Notes under the pieces: model-generated | Database searches by the model: none | What the model saw: only the letters and a program-made list of their open reading frames with translations | What the model was told of the DNA's origin: nothing | Program-made: the position numbers and the translations under genes | DNA from: Candidatus Parcubacteria bacterium | Lineage (GTDB): Bacteria > Patescibacteriota > Minisyncoccia > Phycocordibacterales > Zambryskibacteraceae | Length of the DNA: 64,000 bases | Assembly: GCA_019661865.1 (NCBI GenBank) | Contig: JAIFWJ010000001.1 | Location: forward strand, 43,290-107,289 | Direction: 5' to 3' | Part shown: in pieces, positions 62,352 to 64,000 of the stretch | Numbering within the stretch: position 1 is the first letter of the stretch | How the letters are laid out: each line of letters begins with the position of its first letter

Positions 62352-63173
62352 TTATCTCAAAATGAAAGTGCCACTAAGAAGCTTTAGAATACCTCTTAAG
62401 AAAAGAAGTCTTGGTTTAAGTGGGACGACGTCTGATGCGGCCATTAAAGACAGTCCGCTCATATACCAAGATGCTGGAGCGGAGTCCCAGTTTATAGTGG
62501 CGGTCTGGTTCGTTTGTATAGAACTTACAATTCTGTCTTCACATGCTAAAGCACCTGAATCTGCTCCAGGAAATTGGGCAAGATTAGTAGCTGCAACTCC
62601 TCCTATAGTTCCTACAGAATAATTTTCAGTAGGTGTCACAGTTGTAACGCATGCCACTACTACTTCATCAGCCTGAGTAGTAGTAAAGCTCGGTGAAGTG
62701 CCTGTATTTGCCGGACCTCCACTAGTGCCGAAAGCTGCATCTGAAGGAGAGGATGAAACTACACCCGAGTATTGTCTAACTTGTCCACCTATAAAGTTAA
62801 CTGTACCGCCAAACGTTACGTGTACCACGTCGGCAGCGTTCCCGGTTACATTCGTAGCCACCCACATTCTAGATTGGTCATCTACAGCTCGAGTGGCTAC
62901 AGCTCCAGTAACCTCGGTAAAGGTATTACCTGCAGTATCGGTGATAGTAGGAGTAGTATTGTCTGTTCCATTTCGAACATACACCACAAGAGTATTTCCA
63001 GTGGTGACACTTAGAGCTGGGAAATTGAAAACAGTGTTAGCTACATCAATATAAAAAGAAGATGTGTTTACGTACGCTATAGCCGCCAGTGCCCTAGGAA
63101 TACCAAAAATAAATGCGAAGTAAGTGAGTAGCCCAACTGACGCTAATATGGCAAATTTCTTCACTTCAGACAT
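62352..63173 (-). CDS. Exported beta-strand-rich protein with basic-hydrophobic C-terminal tail
   Basis: Signal/TM ending ALA-A, Thr/Val/Gly-rich strands, tail PLKPRLLFLRGILKLLSGTFILR. Confidence 0.7.
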   Translation of the reverse strand: MSEVKKFAILASVGLLTYFAFIFGIPRALAAIAYVNTSSFYIDVANTVFNFPALSVTTGNTLVVYVRNGTDNTTPTITDTAGNTFTEVTGAVATRAVDDQSRMWVATNVTGNAADVVHVTFGGTVNFIGGQVRQYSGVVSSSPSDAAFGTSGGPANTGTSPSFTTTQADEVVVACVTTVTPTENYSVGTIGGVAATNLAQFPGADSGALACEDRIVSSIQTNQTATINWDSAPASWYMSGLSLMAASDVVPLKPRLLFLRGILKLLSGTFILR

Positions 63174-63214
63174 TATACCCTACTATAAGACCTAACTATC
63201 CACATAATTTTGGT

Positions 63215-64000
63215 CTATTTATATGACTTTTCTAGGTAATCCAGGATGGAGGTAATATCCAGTACAGCGTTATTAGAATCTGTTACCACTATGGCTATGG
63301 GACGGATCTGAGAATTAAATGGGATCTCGAAGATTGCCACTCCAGACTCGGTGCCGTCAGAATTCTTTCCTAATATACCGCCCTTATACGAAGGATAATC
63401 CTTGAGAGGGTTTGAGTTAGGGATAGAAGAGAATGGAGAAGATCCGTAGACTGCGGTATTTATCTTCTTATTAGTAAAGTCGAGGATGAAGCTACGGTAG
63501 TTATAGAGATAACTGGCAAGATGGAAGATATCTTCTACAGTAGTGAGACCTCCCTTCGTAGTACTCATGCCTATGGACTTTATCTTATCTGCCATAAGTG
63601 ACTGAGCACGAGTAGTACCAAGTGGAGCCAGGATGTCACGAGCGGTAGATGAAGAAGATTTCAAAAGTAATGGGAAGAGAAGATCATATAGAGTATATGT
63701 CTTACCTTGAGAATAAATATTTCTCTCTATGTCCATGTAGTCTGTAGCCACAAGTGCAGTAAGAAGTGGAGAGAAAGGTGTAAAGTCAGAGGTGTTGAGG
63801 GTTTCTTTCTTTAAGAATACGAAATTGTTCCAAAGATCTGCCGCCAAGTACGAGCCTGAAGAAAGGACAGGGATATTGGCTTCATAATCATGCTCGATAT
63901 CAGTACTTGAATCCTCATATACAAGTACTGGAGTGCCAACACTTACGAGTTGATATACAGCCTGGGCGTCGGCGTCAGAAAGTCTTATACATCCACCGGA
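63215..64000 (-). CDS. L,D-transpeptidase (YkuD) fused to a degenerate D-Ala-D-Ala carboxypeptidase-like domain (5' end outside window)
   Basis: Frame open to the window edge: SGGCIRLSDADAQAVYQLVSVGTPVLVY, then S11-like SYLAADL, LTALVA, DLLFPLLLKS. Confidence 0.75.
   Translation of the reverse strand, partial: SGGCIRLSDADAQAVYQLVSVGTPVLVYEDSSTDIEHDYEANIPVLSSGSYLAADLWNNFVFLKKETLNTSDFTPFSPLLTALVATDYMDIERNIYSQGKTYTLYDLLFPLLLKSSSSTARDILAPLGTTRAQSLMADKIKSIGMSTTKGGLTTVEDIFHLASYLYNYRSFILDFTNKKINTAVYGSSPFSSIPNSNPLKDYPSYKGGILGKNSDGTESGVAIFEIPFNSQIRPIAIVVTDSNNAVLDITSILDYLEKSYK

Noticed and set aside
9890-63203. DnaA-box-like TGTGGATAA copies (about 9890, 24557, 51051, 62027, and a variant near 63196) as oriC
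   Set aside because: Single scattered copies, some inside CDSs; no cluster or AT-rich unwinding element beside dnaA.
1-64000. CRISPR array, transposase, integrase or prophage
   Set aside because: No regularly spaced 25-45 nt repeats and no recognisable recombinase, transposase or phage structural motifs seen by eye.

Overview
Chromosomal segment of a small-genome bacterium read in genetic code 11. Gene content, compact domain-trimmed proteins, very short intergenic spacers and a stand-alone VirB4/TraD-like ATPase point to Patescibacteria/CPR, probably Parcubacteria (inference). It carries core genes (parB, relA/spoT, topA, dprA, serS, dusB, dnaX, frr, rseP, proS, mreBC-mrdA, greA, lysS, mraZ-rsmH-ftsL-ftsI-murF, rmuC, rplU, recR, dnaB, cysS, ctpA, rplI, rpmA, lexA-dinB), tRNA-Gln(UUG) and tRNA-Glu(CUC), and an accessory stress/envelope block at about 14-28 kb. 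I found no CRISPR array, transposase, integrase or prophage. The most interesting signals are outside the ORF track. (1) Expression is two-tiered: core genes are leaderless or SD-less (TAnnnT 6-9 nt before ATG), whereas 11 solitary non-core genes are all Shine-Dalgarno-led, and most have their own sigma70-like promoter and a terminator at the stop codon. (2) Three unannotated, highly structured transcription units look like ncRNAs (about 9939-10095 +, 10159-10405 +, 60113-59925 -). (3) An ECF-sigma promoter motif, GTAA(G/C)-N16-CGTCT, precedes the ECF gene itself and several general-stress genes. (4) A transglycosylase appears to need a non-AUG start behind a structured leader. (5) There are a GAAC-N4-GTTC SOS box and a 10-nt-phased MraZ box array. 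All calls were made by eye; no database search or folding computation was run.
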